Origin: Carpediemonas membranifera BICM
Taxonomy: Eukaryota > Protista > Fornicata
Assembly: GCA_019828565.1 (NCBI GenBank)
Contig: JAHDYR010000002.1
Coordinates: 372,001-436,000, forward strand
Reading direction: 5' to 3'
Length of the DNA: 64,000 bases
Part shown: piece after piece, positions 21,801 to 30,594 of the stretch
Position numbering within the stretch: the first letter of the stretch is position 1
How the letters are laid out: each line of letters begins with the position of its first letter
The notes under the pieces: model-generated
What the model was told of the DNA's origin: nothing
Seen by the model: the letters and a program-made list of their open reading frames with translations, nothing else
The model's database searches: none
Translations under genes and position numbers: made by a program

Positions 21801-22957
21801 ACCTCATTGAGGATCTTCACCATATGTAGTAAACGCTCACCAACTTCAGTGCCGCGAAGAGCACCCTCGAGCCGGGCATGGGGAGTGACGCGGACCCGGA
21901 TGGTGAGGAGAAGGCGGGGGGCACTGAGGGCATCAATGAGTCGGTCGGCACGCGATATGAGTGCTTCGCCAAGTATTTGACCCATCTCGAGGCGGAGTCG
22001 GCGAGCGAATCTGTCAGGTAAGATGTCACCGACAGACATGGGTGAGTCGACACAGCGGTCAAGGATCTCACCCACCCACCTTACAGCGATATCTGTCTGC
22101 ACGCCGACTGTGGTCATATCAAATCTTGTGAAAAACAAGATAATCGGTGTAGTCATGAGAAAGTTATCAGGTAGACTCTCTGGCAGTGGGGGCATTGCCA
22201 TGGGCTGCTGCTCCGGTGGCGGGGGGATCTCTGGGTCGGTTTCATCCTCACTATCAGCGGAGACGTCGCTTAAGTCATCTGAAGTGGGTCGAGAAGACGA
22301 GGTCCGCTTGAACTCAGTCTTGTACAGGGATTCGATACGCTCCCTCTCCTGCTGGTACAGTTTTCTGGCGATCAGTACGTCTGTGAGGTCATTTTTCGCC
22401 ATAAACCGCCTGTTGACGGACTCGATAACCATCTTATCCTCCCAGGCGCACTCCAAGTTGACCAGTGCCTCTCTGATCATGATCATGGACACGATCATGT
22501 CCGGCTGCATGATTGCGATCACAGGAATGGGTGCGATGACTCGCCCGGCCTCTTCGTACGTCCATGGAGGGCGAGCGAGGGGCTTGGTGTTGTTCGCAAC
22601 GAGGAATGAGCGGACGGCGTCGTCTATGTCCGCCTGGAACGTGCTACCGACGCGCTCGGCGATACGGGCGTGGAGTCTATCAGGATCCGAGCCCCATGAG
22701 ATGGCGCGGGGCCGAGGCACTGGGATTTGTGAGAGAGGAAGTGAATCATGGGGGACAAGGCGGCCACGTGGATTATGGGTTTGTTCTGCGCTTTTTGGTT
22801 TCGTAGTGGCGTTTTTGCGAGAAGAAATGGCTGGAAGCGTGCGCTTTGTGCTGGGACGCGCTGATGCGATCTTATCGTCAGCGGATGATAATATTCGGTT
22901 AAGAACCGTTTCATCGAGCTTGTATAGAGGGGCCTTTGCTGGTTTTCTCGACTTCAT
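9872..22957 (-). CDS. Highly divergent dynein heavy chain-like protein (axonemal single-headed type, degenerate AAA motifs)
   Basis: 4361-aa ORF. DHC_N2 motifs LPLIAALCNPMLRDRHWEAL and LFFLSDPELMDFLS. AAA2-like APPLAGKST and FIVLDGEI. Coiled-coil stalk with MTBD (FDYWPEAKLMISDTKFVQSL). AAA1 P-loop reads GQLAMGKKT. Confidence 0.85.
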   Translation of the reverse strand: MKSRKPAKAPLYKLDETVLNRILSSADDKIASARPSTKRTLPAISSRKNATTKPKSAEQTHNPRGRLVPHDSLPLSQIPVPRPRAISWGSDPDRLHARIAERVGSTFQADIDDAVRSFLVANNTKPLARPPWTYEEAGRVIAPIPVIAIMQPDMIVSMIMIREALVNLECAWEDKMVIESVNRRFMAKNDLTDVLIARKLYQQERERIESLYKTEFKRTSSSRPTSDDLSDVSADSEDETDPEIPPPPEQQPMAMPPLPESLPDNFLMTTPIILFFTRFDMTTVGVQTDIAVRWVGEILDRCVDSPMSVGDILPDRFARRLRLEMGQILGEALISRADRLIDALSAPRLLLTIRVRVTPHARLEGALRGTEVGERLLHMVKILNEVVTSANPAQPTVLRELDTLVASSRMATFITGTDAPIALGPLLDTLSVEMHPMHEDIMDSLHHSWDTMVDSFQNIAGPGGVVKLPPGIEQRVASRLEKLEVIVGEALVRVQEECVTKIRPAAAAVSQFYRVGLSEAFKRAFPRYSGPHIVNIVNERHVRRAIMLSTGGSWPTKPLKSDAVDLNVVSQTMSDITRMTADIESIQGLMKFPPFALSLHPLKYTAISILHHAKMDLLSETHQRVSLRVARSLKAQVNFERKLNRIPRSPDDIVKLRDALEAAGPTIDQLHESIESDLRPVLNLLHENRYYTRDAVTQSFYKLIGASERIGRLQRLTNLRLESAGHQFSVHFMEKARSIKESFTEMGPSIQRALVLEGGSADENYTLVSRTREEMDTLFDECAVLNRHERIIGMTPTDFSLIRSTVELIKNVCHVWHVSAHWTVTKSALMYGELLVQNPDEAKNLINEESVTLRRLKVDLSDYGSPMRTAERVLQDFSAFSKHLPLIAALCNPMLRDRHWEALAKETGFAFKPAYGMTFASILEQYDFTPYIAAIQRIASQASHELEVEHGVAEIKSSFEQLMLHTIPYNLWLHVQDETAMQASLPHTARGWGTPTGEEEELTEHEDADRTTVISDIPEVLAKISDLVFRVKFLFHSTYASAFKEQLAAWTRKTGNISRLLEKLSHAQTMWTSIKPLYTAAEVRAKLPADARCFDQVAGEWEKQVGAVISQFPRLSSLLAELKEDKVDSYITRYDKLTRALSSFLEAERLACPWLFFLSDPELMDFLSTTANPGTLHQSPYIAMIPGATGLSRAQPDEIDLKTYEGIPMAHLYNGVRTVYGETVVITPPVFSAKGKCTDWISALSTAISDSLYSSAKPALRDYAKAFESGSDESVTQALYKWPQALIPVGIGFAVTTLIDSALESPSPKDGLIAIEARLLGLCTSLRPHLLATYRKVPESSDRRTSSLVRRMVVTLNYIVLYYVDVLRDLLEDSTHWRSHMRVYLNDQRPTICFGASCVDFGYQLAPPLVRPLATMLDALHETIHIPGIPVHALSGQLAMGKKTMYTDYGALTGHVIRRVPTVPFGQSRHDACTQHLMTTVLRYIRGAVAAGLWLVITVDQASPPTLLSVLAEVIRSVRDALAARASTVNLIGTNIPFRSTTKLFISGVIPQYHTDLRLTARPVQFHPPSPEVLDLVQLQSHGVRNAEAIGEIVAEWMGMFGRGIKGVARSAYLLQMLQYALRVLFEDDEDDEYRAFKAAFKHEWLSSVPARLYDSALSYMDRVFETEDQRPSPEAETALLRRCVRRAMDRQQIMQTTGLVNTVVDVMKSIRLVAQQNTARDITVSRGVVIAAPPLAGKSTVRRLAFEALSVLGRSVEDPFAEILVPTNAQVPFSVDEYVICPEAIGGGLMWGFYDSESGFRPGTLETLISSLSAEYLGRGDPGTAAKLRALLTHSYKQETALVGESIPQPQHPPTLSVTPSRMNLKRQEKANFIVLDGEIESFAGLINAIQPNFDIQFSNGTTVTIPSSTIIMIESTGMGQLPPAVFASYRVHMIEQSVIYAEAALRREFDARMAKIAADPFGIDDVTLLEVFDKKERGAVDLSKWSPNTRLARQLEAVLTSLLLGYDRIESVYRVTIGVHAARTIASVAAATLHRLFTEIRDRISASTQARGDIFMQLDARTSAHRDELPANQEGEALAVRIACGDLALIEATTAAIKSVVTMLDLSGIAPDRVAKLESWFREQACSALATGDGFLLDVPSSAKDPERPHSSIFSGAYGTFITMSSSDRVDTIRLAVSYEPSTIFHDDYLDMSSLTRPVVDPPQCAADLNAMDVIPMLQAIHVPVILGHVVGSGSKHLLAAVAAKCSETGSVTMLTLPNTSGAEQDLSPYEPASVYESDIAPGTLVQSMLGSFIDTKLMASGPRTFKPKDDKPFSTLVIAQLDAVNISTDAASCNRAVAYGMLSEIMDTKSAISSSSATNDARQFFDFFSTVVQMEIPSRRSTDIQVDPIRRRALARSVCVPCHYPSKRDMRARVQYIGAEIIKRMGIIDDPVLPRMVAAMRVGVALSAELYTVLHTAGEVVPGVASIFTHGRVTQLLAAFARIMLVEEANPAVIWVTLHEDVLSACYHGSTYKDIVQGLVSNSIGDEYGDLDRLSDPIAFRHVACQLDPAIDFEQHTLEETLDRLAKTDIPVLGFSSKTLVERLLPESVLTAGTPPVLPAVDTIMATIAPMVHPPTAFHNTLVTGDAIGLHATQFHPRLVTIVTNSHTGGHAMTLHAVGLLSHVEDAIGVVYDNRGLAHPLIHGKKLQDAVASAREAHDDLEETGHADGRAFALLHKALGRDDAAQPASRPTTRSLAPPDQSTSSSRPPSAVEAPRKIVETLETPTERWRQYLVGVVACAALGKTYAVIPACANPSLHSKMLRDVSWLIHGYLPDMSPMEKNAVRQLFSSETGDPYKTLRHRVCGNVTVIMHVDPAIFHTMALDFPNASRFIRRGLTVALPSLTTHSALTLLERCCVPHRPSGITTVALPAPSFSPHLPLIHGLRLPHRLLRVIVEVYQTAFASTTVSSVTLPSAIQQTGMVVAALYQQRLTTLQHDHTVLTMALDRLERAERSVRAILAEINRLEPLLEESKKQLLKMRMVAEADKAKRDELTAKATRLRESVSEKSAEIEALTTAVAQLISSSSEGVTKSFNRLVAAKRADIGALRAKQPTGSLMTILECICIIKGLTPRVIMENGRETGFDYWPEAKLMISDTKFVQSLEYIEGVPTQALREVGERLSDPAMQGRPKKPTVAADLGKWVNSFYKLKSAELEVKPKQARAEMLREEVENEKEELVSVEAELADVISSAEENLEKLDTVKHECDDVSKHITELTADHARTIAMVKAFFNERGLWAAIASTYSSMIQNAPGDSLRAGIWVCALAGMDDAARRAVLQQTFLLLSSHGVHFTQQANVSDILLGDSRLADVTTVSLHYPPVEIRRAQTAPLRTARSRSISSASMMVGTPRSRASAQQFKSATAYEPAPHVVDGENALLFVAGSPHHSPALRLLSVAGFSDPLLPKAWPKAVKRPAPELLSLESVSSVEGWPARVLRAPDFTHPLLFCRGTQIPQLVDAVRAMESTQGRQTTVVYAPTTVKGQSRSLVVRSLLDTVIKAAAVGSCLILTGVGTKDAVPTVTALMSELEWFVSASPEYKMALAQDEVPLETWERISERQEASMDADMSVFNTTTDFSQESASDSDESLLDSPRLAMEMELAETDVSATITDTHSSQREIDDLIAFHDLVSFLKSAHSIYIRFGATVTRVHRQFRLIFHTQSMEAARLNCSHLLGSHLSPLVLPDSFERTAAQMTNDMMRIVEPDRLGTLRSSREEVCRTGFEHHNQEILAAYSTAVGGLDTHDDTLTGLSEARTAHNKAVQHAQDALFAVAPTFEVTTRSLAVVYLVANVVGGELHWPMIGPNFEIACADLKTRSDALVSIPNNLRHFMRIFISNMLQSLAAVAPPGLVQACSLLLSACVAVIETLELPDDRVVIFEDIIKITAGDALPFIRGDPSPPSATQETWLSVDQHKEVQRLVSLHPRFSANNALLNSLETEQEAWQEWIGGLRSGWDIHHGPPRPFRLHQDISKSMLTAREASTTVELSAIDLLCLVRALVPGTLSVVSAMLSQAVFSATYNMQLVNTSLLLSSPLYQQDHLFRFLASSIENSPAIDHALVVEVTDPAAAIEPLSCSYSGTRLYLPQTNAELAATVTSAIERGLPVLSSVKPVHTDLLLTLLHSVSDARVSSGFHLLILQYPGDSNSGLESLPRVRVFPLLERPTFQERALNFMSRGYMTMKTQCAGRTEMVDAASEFVATCFAIASAVDAFSDEILRCLLMLANNRGPTAATDTVTVFGSMVCPDKTQAMLAVVKKTRAIDWGSDLRNLASQMRMAGLQHVDARNALARVSAHIPRAFPEEVGGVTGGAGTWDNIVCALRPKKELG

Positions 22958-23307
22958 ATGAAACGGCCGTTGCTTGAGACCAGTTATACACGATTACATA
23001 GCGAGTGATAAATGGGTTCCCCGACGAGCACGTGGTAAGAAGCAACGGATGGACGGCGTTGAAGAGTGTTGACAGAACCTTGCACATCGGCTTCTCAGCG
23101 AGGAGACCTCCCGACCTTCTCTTTCCATGTTGGCATGACCGCCTGGGATGAAACGTTATTCATCCCACGAGTGGAGAACACACTGAGCCCGTGGGCTCTA
23201 GACATAATTTGCCACACATTAGATATCGGCCCTGTGATGAGCATGCTGTTGTTGCTGTTACAGAAAAGGATGACAGTTTACAATGCAGTCGACTCAGCTT
23301 CAGTCAA

Positions 23308-24902
23308 CTATTCGCTCGGCGTCTCAGGGTCGACGAGGATAATCTGCTCTGAACGAGGCGGCGCCTTGCACTCTTCCATCTCAGCCACTTCGCCCGAGCC
23401 ATGTGACGCCTCGAACCACTGGCCGGCCAGGTTGCAGAAGGAGCCCTTACAGAAACTTGTCGCCTCGAAGGGGATAATTATGGGTTCAGCATCACACTTA
23501 CAATAATGGCTCTTGCCTTCTGTGACCCAGATCAGGTCGAAGTTTGATGCGAAGAACCCCTTGACCCTCTCAGGGAACCGGAGCGGGGTGGGTGTGAGAC
23601 AATTGTCGTCATGACTGAATCCTGGCAGCAGGCCCGACTGGGCGATATGCTTGAGAACTTCGCCGGCGAACAGCAGCTGGCGGCCGCTGAGGAATACGTT
23701 GAAGGAATCTGACACGATCCGGTCAACCCTGAAGGGCAGGTCGACGAAGCCGGTCACCCAATTCTCGTGCCCGAGTCCCAGGCGGCCATCCCAGTTGCTC
23801 CCGCCGATCATCTGCCGATCGCCCATGGAGAGGATGGCAACTCTGCTACCCTGCATGATGTGATCTGGGACAAAGCCAGTTGGCACAGCGACTGGGTGGA
23901 AGTGATTCCTGATCGCCCGGTCGACTGGGCCGACATATCTCTGAGCATTGAAGCCGGCCATGACAGTGCCGACTGGGGTGAGGATGAACGTCCGATATCC
24001 CTTCATCGACACATCAGTCACCATCCTGTGCTTCTCCCAGGGGGGCTGGCTGGCCTCGAGCTCGGTGACCTTGGGGCAGGTGGGAAGGTGAGGCGGGTCG
24101 GGTCGACGAAGCCAGATGTCTTGAACCCCAGCTGAGCCACATCGTTATGCCCCCAGCCCCACAGGCCCTTGGGCGTCCTTGCGATGTGGGTGGCCCCGTC
24201 GCTGTAGACCTCGAGGGCCCTGGGCATTCCGGCTCTGCTGAGAGTGCTTTGATAGTGAGAGTCGAGCATGAAGAGTCGGCCCATGTACATGCGGTGGTGG
24301 TAGCATCTCCCGAATGCATTCCACTGACAGCTCTCGCCGTCCTTCTCGGCGACGTTCCAGGTGAAGAAGAACTTGCGGCAGAGGAACCAGAGGCACTTGG
24401 CCTCGGGCGTGAGAGCCTTGTAGATCTTGTCACGCATCTCGGTGGCGTCTGCCCAGTCCTCTGGATACTCCTCCAGCAGCCTGTCCTCGAGGTCTGGGTT
24501 GGCCCCGCCACCCAGCAGACACGCCCACACCGCGCCCTGGTTGAGTGTGTGCAGGGCGGCCGGGAGCTCCTGCCCCGCCGCGAGCTCGACGTTCATGGAC
24601 AGCGGGGGGCCGCTGGTGATGATCGAGCGGGCGCGGTCGAGGAGGACTTGCGCGGCTGGCTCGAGAGGGGGGATCTCGGAGAGCATGGCGGTGAGGGAAT
24701 CGAGCGATGCGGCACTGGTCGGTGTATTTGTGGTCTCTGCGTCGTGGATCGCGGGCATCTGCTCGTCGAAGTGCCTGGAGAAGGCCTCTTTGAGCAATGT
24801 GGGGACGTCCCCGGGGATCGAGGCGGTGATGGCGACTGAAAGACGGAATGCGGAGATAAGCGCCTCTCTAGCAGCAACATGCGTGGAATCAGCGCTGCTC
24901 AT
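23308..24902 (-). pseudogene. Dispersed RCC1-like family, copy C3 (N-module type B; one frameshift)
   Basis: ORFs 24018-24902 and 23308-24024 are joined by a 1-bp loss at GGG 24082-24084. The 5' leader to ~25018 is shared with C2. Confidence 0.75.
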
Positions 24903-25148
24903 CGCTCCCGACGCTCAGTTCAGCGGATGTCAAATTCTGACTGCCGACTCGCCGACCGCCAGCCGTGAAGCCGACGTGGCGCCGCGATACACGCTCACAG
25001 CTGCGATACCAGCCGGATCTCTCTCATGTCATCCGAACCAAATAGCGTGAGGTCGGCATCGATCATCAGCTCCCTCGTCAGACCAACTGTTTCTTCGGCC
25101 GACGTATCCTCAGCATCACAACACGCTCTACTCTTTATACCCCAGACA

Positions 25149-25688
25149 CTAACGCCTCCCCTGAGTCGCCTGCTTCGCCTTCATCTCTCTCTCATGCACG
25201 AGCTGGCGGTGAGGGACATACTCCTTGGCGAACTTCTTGAGCTCTAGTTCGCCGTCTGTGAGCTGCTCCGCCATGGTGCTGCATCTGCTGTTTGCCTCGT
25301 CAGCCATGTCTTGTAGACGCCGCGCCAGGCCGGCGCCTTGGAGAGAAGCGCTAATGGCATCGAGCTTCTCCTTCTTGGCCTTGAGAACGGCCTCCATCTC
25401 GTCATATTCTTTCTTCAGCGTCAGGAACTCGGCCATGCCGTCGCCTTCATCAAGCTTGGCAATCGCGGCGTCGCATTCCTGCTGTACACGCTCTGATACT
25501 GCATCAAAGGCCTCTTTGAGCTTCTCGAGCTGCTGAGCAAACGTGCATTTGTCCAGGAAAGCACGATACTCTCCATCATCGGCCTGAAGACGCTGAAGAT
25601 CGCTCAGGCCCAACGCCTCAAGAGAAGGAAACGAATTAGGAACGACTGGTATTGTAGGAGGAAGTTCTTTCTTAAACCGTTGTTGCAT
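25149..25688 (-). CDS. VPS37: ESCRT-I subunit VPS37-like (Mod(r) domain)
   Basis: Coiled coil followed by LQDMADEANSRCSTMAEQLTDGELELKKFAKEYVPHRQLVHEREMK, which matches the Mod(r) C-terminal pattern. Confidence 0.7.
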   Translation of the reverse strand: MQQRFKKELPPTIPVVPNSFPSLEALGLSDLQRLQADDGEYRAFLDKCTFAQQLEKLKEAFDAVSERVQQECDAAIAKLDEGDGMAEFLTLKKEYDEMEAVLKAKKEKLDAISASLQGAGLARRLQDMADEANSRCSTMAEQLTDGELELKKFAKEYVPHRQLVHEREMKAKQATQGRR

Positions 25689-25953
25689 GTGTTCAAATGA
25701 GCTTGGATGGATGGCGATCCCAATCTGACCATGTCACCCTGGCCGGAAATATACTGATAGGTCATCCGGTCCCTTGGACGCTTGGGGATGTTGTGGGTGC
25801 GTGTGGGTGCGTGCAACAGTGCGCTTTTTTGCGCAATTGGCGGCGTTGAGCATTGATGTCGGCTGTGGCTCTCAAATCGAAGGAATCACACCAGTTCTGC
25901 CGTATTAACTACGAAGGACGCATGTACAACGCTATAGGGAGTAGAATGCGGCT

Positions 25954-25970
25954 TTTGCATAAACTGCACA
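25954..25970 (+). promoter_or_regulatory. Candidate cis-element TTTGCATAAACTGCACA, 12 nt upstream of the HPS3-like ATG
   Basis: The identical 17-mer occurs at 32877-32893, upstream of the syntaxin ATG. Confidence 0.5.
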
Positions 25971-25982
25971 TCAAAATAGCAA

Positions 25983-28559
25983 ATGTCGGCGTTTGTCTCT
26001 GCATATAGCATCCTGCCGGCTAAGTACAACGGCGTCGACTATAACCCAGTTGGTATGATATCCACAGGTGATTTTGTTATCGTAGCCTCTGATTCCGGGG
26101 AGATATACATATATGATGCCCAAACCCGCGAAGTGAAGGTCACTTTCCATGCCATCAACTCCATTATCGAGCATATCGAATACAACAAGCCCATTGATTG
26201 CATCATGACCACCGAGCAGTCCTCCGCCGGCGTCCGCGAGTATTACCTCTATAGCTCATGGCGCACAGCCCCCCCTACGTCCAGAGTTGCCAAGCAGCCC
26301 TCCTTCGACCCTGCTGACCAGCTCCGGGTCCCCCACGACCCCATCGTCTCCGCCATCCCGGTCCGGCCTGTAGGGCGTTGGCCGGACGCCATCCAGCAGT
26401 GTCCATGCACTGGTAATCTCGTCGCCGTGTGCGGCCTGACCATGCACGTTCTCATGCACTATCCTGCGGACGACGGGGTGATCATTGGCATTGCTGCGAG
26501 TGTGAGCTTGCCTCCGCCCACGAACATAGGCGGAGAAGAAGATCCTACAGCCGCATGCATCGACAACCTCTCCGTGTTGTTCTCAGGAGCAGCCATACTC
26601 ATCGCCTTCATCGCGTTCGGCAGTCTGAGGGTGACTCGAGTGACGCTGGTCCCGTCCACGGCCTCTGACGGCCTCACCAGAGCCAAACCGCTCACAATCG
26701 ACGTCCTATCCGATACATCATCTAGAGGACCTAATACTGTCTTATTTGCTGCTTTCCACCGCAACAACAAGCCCCTGGACGTGCCTGATGATTACTCGCT
26801 CTCGCCCGAAGAGGATCTTTCGCTAGAAGTCATACACGGAAGAACACCGATCGCCCAGATGCTGTTTATGATTAGCTCAGTCGAGCGGCTGTTGTTTGGA
26901 CCCACACCTGGGAAAAAGAGTAAGGAGCTCGTTGCTCTGTCATTCTTGCCGGCCGCTTCAACATACGCAACCCTTCTCGCATGCACGAAGGACGCCGTGC
27001 ACGGCTTCCTAGTCCCCCTCATTGAGAAAGCTGACACTATCGTCCTGCAACCATACGCATCAGCTGATCCCATCATCCACGTGGCTGCGTGCGGGCAGAT
27101 GGCACTCACGGCCACCGAGAGTGGTGTAACGGCCTTGGTCCAGCCTCTGGGGCCAAACGGGCCCACTGCGGAGTGTACATTAGCTGTTGTTGGCAGAGCT
27201 AGTATCCCCTTTGTCAAACAAGTGAGCGTGGGTTCGAAACTCGCTGGAGCAGCACTTTCTTCAGTTATCGACGAGGATATCCACATCACCAATATTTATG
27301 CCCTCTCTTTCGACTTTATCGGCCCCGCTACCGAGGGTGACACCCGTATCCGGCTTCGTCTCCGGGATTCAGGTTCGGTCACCCGCGAAGAGGTCCTCGC
27401 CGAAATTTTTGCAGCCGACGATGGCCCAGCCACTGTTGCCTCTGCCGCTGCTGTCTGCCCCTCCGACGAGGCCTTCCTAGCCGAGATGGTGCCAGTAGTG
27501 TGTGGGTCGATCGAGATGTATCCTTCCCAAGTCCTTGCCAAGGCGTATGCGGCGCTCGACCGGGTTGAGAGAGCCCCCACCGCGCTGGTCGTTCGCTTAG
27601 CCCAGGCGGGGTTGTTTGATGATCTTGGCGCGATGCTTTACAAGGCAGAGTCGGTCGAATCGACAGAAAAGGCCCTAGCCGCCCTAGCAATGAAACCACA
27701 CGAAGCAACGGCCCTAGCTCACTGGCAACTTGTCGTGCAAGCAGACCCGGGTACCGCACCCTTCATATGGCCCGCTGTCGTCTTACCTGAGCCGAGGCTC
27801 TTCGGCCCAGGTACCCTGCTGCCAAAGCCTGACGCGGCCGTGATGAAGCTCGTCATCTCTCATCCTAGGGCGCTGGAGCAGCTCACTAGGCTGATTGGGA
27901 CTTATAGTCCGGCAGATTTACTCAATCTTGTGGCAAATGATTTGGATCCGACTGACACGCGACATGTTCAAGTGGTCGATCTATTAGCCCGATACATGAT
28001 CTCCAAATCTTATGATGTAGTCGACCAGCTCGCCAAGATTGCGTTAGATTTGCCCGATCTTGCTCCGTTTGGACCATCGCTGTTCCCCTGGATCCCCCAG
28101 CCTCTCGGCGGCATCCTCTCCCTTTCTCCGGATGTCCGGCACACCCTCACGTCGCTTCCGAGTCAACCTTGGACCGAGCTCACCCTCGTCGCCATCTCTG
28201 GTTCATGCGACCTCGTTTCCTTGCCCAAGGGCGAGGATCCTGTTCCAATCCTCATCACCATGGGTCGGCACGTGTCTTCTGAGCGGCGTCAGGCGTTTTT
28301 GTCATCGTTGGCCACGTTTGACCAGGGTGTGTATGACACTGTCGGAGCAGCGGTTGTCAAGTCTTGGCGGTGCGGCGTGCGTGAGCTCGAGTCGATACTG
28401 CCCGACCTGCCGCTGCATAGGCAGACCCATCTGATCCAATCTGCGGGGATGACGGAGGTCTGGCCCAAAATTCTTGAGACAATCAAATCAAGGGATATTC
28501 TTGGCGAGATGCACGATGTAGCCGGCTTTGTGAAGGATCTGAACGCCCTGTCCAGCTGA
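25983..28559 (+). CDS. HPS3-like (BLOC-2 subunit) beta-propeller + helical protein
   Basis: N-terminal pattern IEHIEYNKPIDCIMTTEQ...YLYSSWR and CPCTGNLVAVC resembles HPS3 as recalled (LAYSEAGDYLVAIEE...AYVNWR; CPVKGDLLVGC). C-terminus is helical. Confidence 0.55.
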   Translation: MSAFVSAYSILPAKYNGVDYNPVGMISTGDFVIVASDSGEIYIYDAQTREVKVTFHAINSIIEHIEYNKPIDCIMTTEQSSAGVREYYLYSSWRTAPPTSRVAKQPSFDPADQLRVPHDPIVSAIPVRPVGRWPDAIQQCPCTGNLVAVCGLTMHVLMHYPADDGVIIGIAASVSLPPPTNIGGEEDPTAACIDNLSVLFSGAAILIAFIAFGSLRVTRVTLVPSTASDGLTRAKPLTIDVLSDTSSRGPNTVLFAAFHRNNKPLDVPDDYSLSPEEDLSLEVIHGRTPIAQMLFMISSVERLLFGPTPGKKSKELVALSFLPAASTYATLLACTKDAVHGFLVPLIEKADTIVLQPYASADPIIHVAACGQMALTATESGVTALVQPLGPNGPTAECTLAVVGRASIPFVKQVSVGSKLAGAALSSVIDEDIHITNIYALSFDFIGPATEGDTRIRLRLRDSGSVTREEVLAEIFAADDGPATVASAAAVCPSDEAFLAEMVPVVCGSIEMYPSQVLAKAYAALDRVERAPTALVVRLAQAGLFDDLGAMLYKAESVESTEKALAALAMKPHEATALAHWQLVVQADPGTAPFIWPAVVLPEPRLFGPGTLLPKPDAAVMKLVISHPRALEQLTRLIGTYSPADLLNLVANDLDPTDTRHVQVVDLLARYMISKSYDVVDQLAKIALDLPDLAPFGPSLFPWIPQPLGGILSLSPDVRHTLTSLPSQPWTELTLVAISGSCDLVSLPKGEDPVPILITMGRHVSSERRQAFLSSLATFDQGVYDTVGAAVVKSWRCGVRELESILPDLPLHRQTHLIQSAGMTEVWPKILETIKSRDILGEMHDVAGFVKDLNALSS

Positions 28560-28627
28560 GACAGGGCATGGTTGGTCGTATTAATAAACGGCAGGATAGC
28601 GATCTGTGATCAAGGCGACGATTTTAT

Positions 28628-30594
28628 TCAGATGCCCGTCTCGCCCGCGATCCACGGGTCGACGTCGACAGTGACGATTGTATGCAAATTTGAACGAGCC
28701 GGCACCTCGCACTCTTCCATCTCAGCCACTTCGCCCGAGCCATGTGACGCCTCGAACCACTGGCCGGCCGGGTTGCAGAAGGAGCCCTTACAGAAACTTG
28801 TCGCTTCGAAGGGGAGAATGATGGGTTCTTCATGATGCTTACAATAATGGGTCTTGCCCTCGGTGACCCAGATCAGCTCTTGGCGTGATATGAAGAACCC
28901 CTTGACCCTCTCAGGGAACCGGAGCGGGGTGGGTGTGAGGCAGATGTCGCGCTGATTGAATCCCGGAAGCAGGCCCGACTGGGCGATATGCTTGAGAACC
29001 ATCCCAGCGAAGAGCGGCTGGCGGCCGCTGAGGAATACGTTGAAGGAATCTGACACGATCCGGTCGACCCTGAAGGGCAAGTCGACGAAGCCGGTCATAC
29101 CATTCTCGTGCCCGAGTCCCAGGCGGCCATCCCAGTTGCTCCCGCTGATCATCTGCCGATCGCCCATGGAGAGGATGGCAACTCTGCTACCCTGCATGAT
29201 ATGATCTGGGACAAAGCCAGGTGGCACAGCGACTGGGTGGAAGTGATTCCTGATCGCCCGGTCGACTGGGCCGACATATCTCTGAGCATTGAAGCCAGTC
29301 ATGACAGTGCCGGCTGGGGTGAGGATGAACGTCTGATCTTCCATCGACAAAGCAGTCACCATCCTGTGCTTCTCCCAGGGGGGCTGGCTGGCCTCGAGCT
29401 CGGTGACCGCGGGGCAGGCGGGGAAGGTGAGGCGGGTCAGGTCAACGAACTCGCGATATGATGACTCGAACCCCAGCTGGCCATGTTTGTTCTCCCCCCA
29501 TCCCCACAGGCCCTTGGGCGTTCTGTCGATGTAGGTTGACCATTCGATATAGACTTCGAGGGCCCTGGGCATTCTGGCCCTAGTGAAAGAGGTGTCGTAA
29601 TCATCAATGCAGAGCATGAAGAGTCGGCCCATGTACATGCGGTGGTGGTAGCATCTCCCGAATGCATTCCACTGACAGCTCTCGCCGTCCTTCTCGGCGA
29701 CGTTCCAGGTGAAGAAGAACTTGCGGCAGAGGAACCAGAGGCACTTGGCCTCGGGCGTGAGAGCCTTGTAGATCTTGTCACGCATCTCGGTGGCGTCTGC
29801 CCAGTCCTCTGGATACTCCTCCAGCACCCTGTCCTCGAGGTCTGGGTTGGCCCCGCCACCCAGCAGACACGCCCACACCGCGCCCTGGTTGAGTGTGTGC
29901 AGGGCGGCCGGGAGCTCCTGCCCCGCCGCGAGCTCAACGTTCATGGACAGCGGGGGCCGCTGGTGAGGATCGAGCGGGCGCGGTCGAGGAGGACTTGCGC
30001 GGCTGGCTCGAGAGGGGGGATCTCGGAGAGCATGGCGGTGAGGGAATCGAGCGATGCGGCGCTGGTCGGTGTATTTGTGGTCTCTGCGTCGTGGATCGCG
30101 GGCATCTGCTCGTCGAAGTGCCTGGAGAAGGCCTCTTTGAGCAATGTGGGGACGTCCCCGGGGATCGAGGCGGTGATGGCGACTGAAAGACGGAATGCGG
30201 AGATAAGCGCATCGTTTGTAGAATGTGGCAAGGAATCAGTGCCGCCGGGTATCATGGGTCTGTTCATGGACAGCGGGGGGGAGGCGTGTGACAGTATCGA
30301 GACAACCCGGTTGACAAAGTTGATGGCACTGCGATGGTGGAGGTCGAGGGCCAAGAGCGCGCTAGTCACCTCCTCGGCTGTGGCCTGATTTGCATCACCG
30401 TCTTCGTCCGGGAACTCCTCGCCGATCTCGCGAGTGAAGGCCTCTCGCATGAGAGTGGGAATGTCGCCTGGCAAATCCGCATAGTCGCGCGACATGGCGG
30501 AATGCAGGCCACTCATTGCGTCACGCTGGACGTCGCTGCCACTCTTGGGCCCTGAGGAGCGCATGGCCGCGAGGTGAGCGCGAGAGGTGTCCAT
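28628..30594 (-). pseudogene. Dispersed RCC1-like family, copy C4 (tandem N-modules C+B; one frameshift before a 438-aa core)
   Basis: ORFs 29941-30594 and 28628-29944 are joined by G5 (G6 in C3) at 29952-29956. The leader to ~30856 is shared with C5 and C6. Confidence 0.75.

Noticed and set aside
23145-23166. 8-bp hairpin GGGATGAA-acgtta-TTCATCCC downstream of C3
   Set aside because: Not shared with other copies and short enough to be chance.
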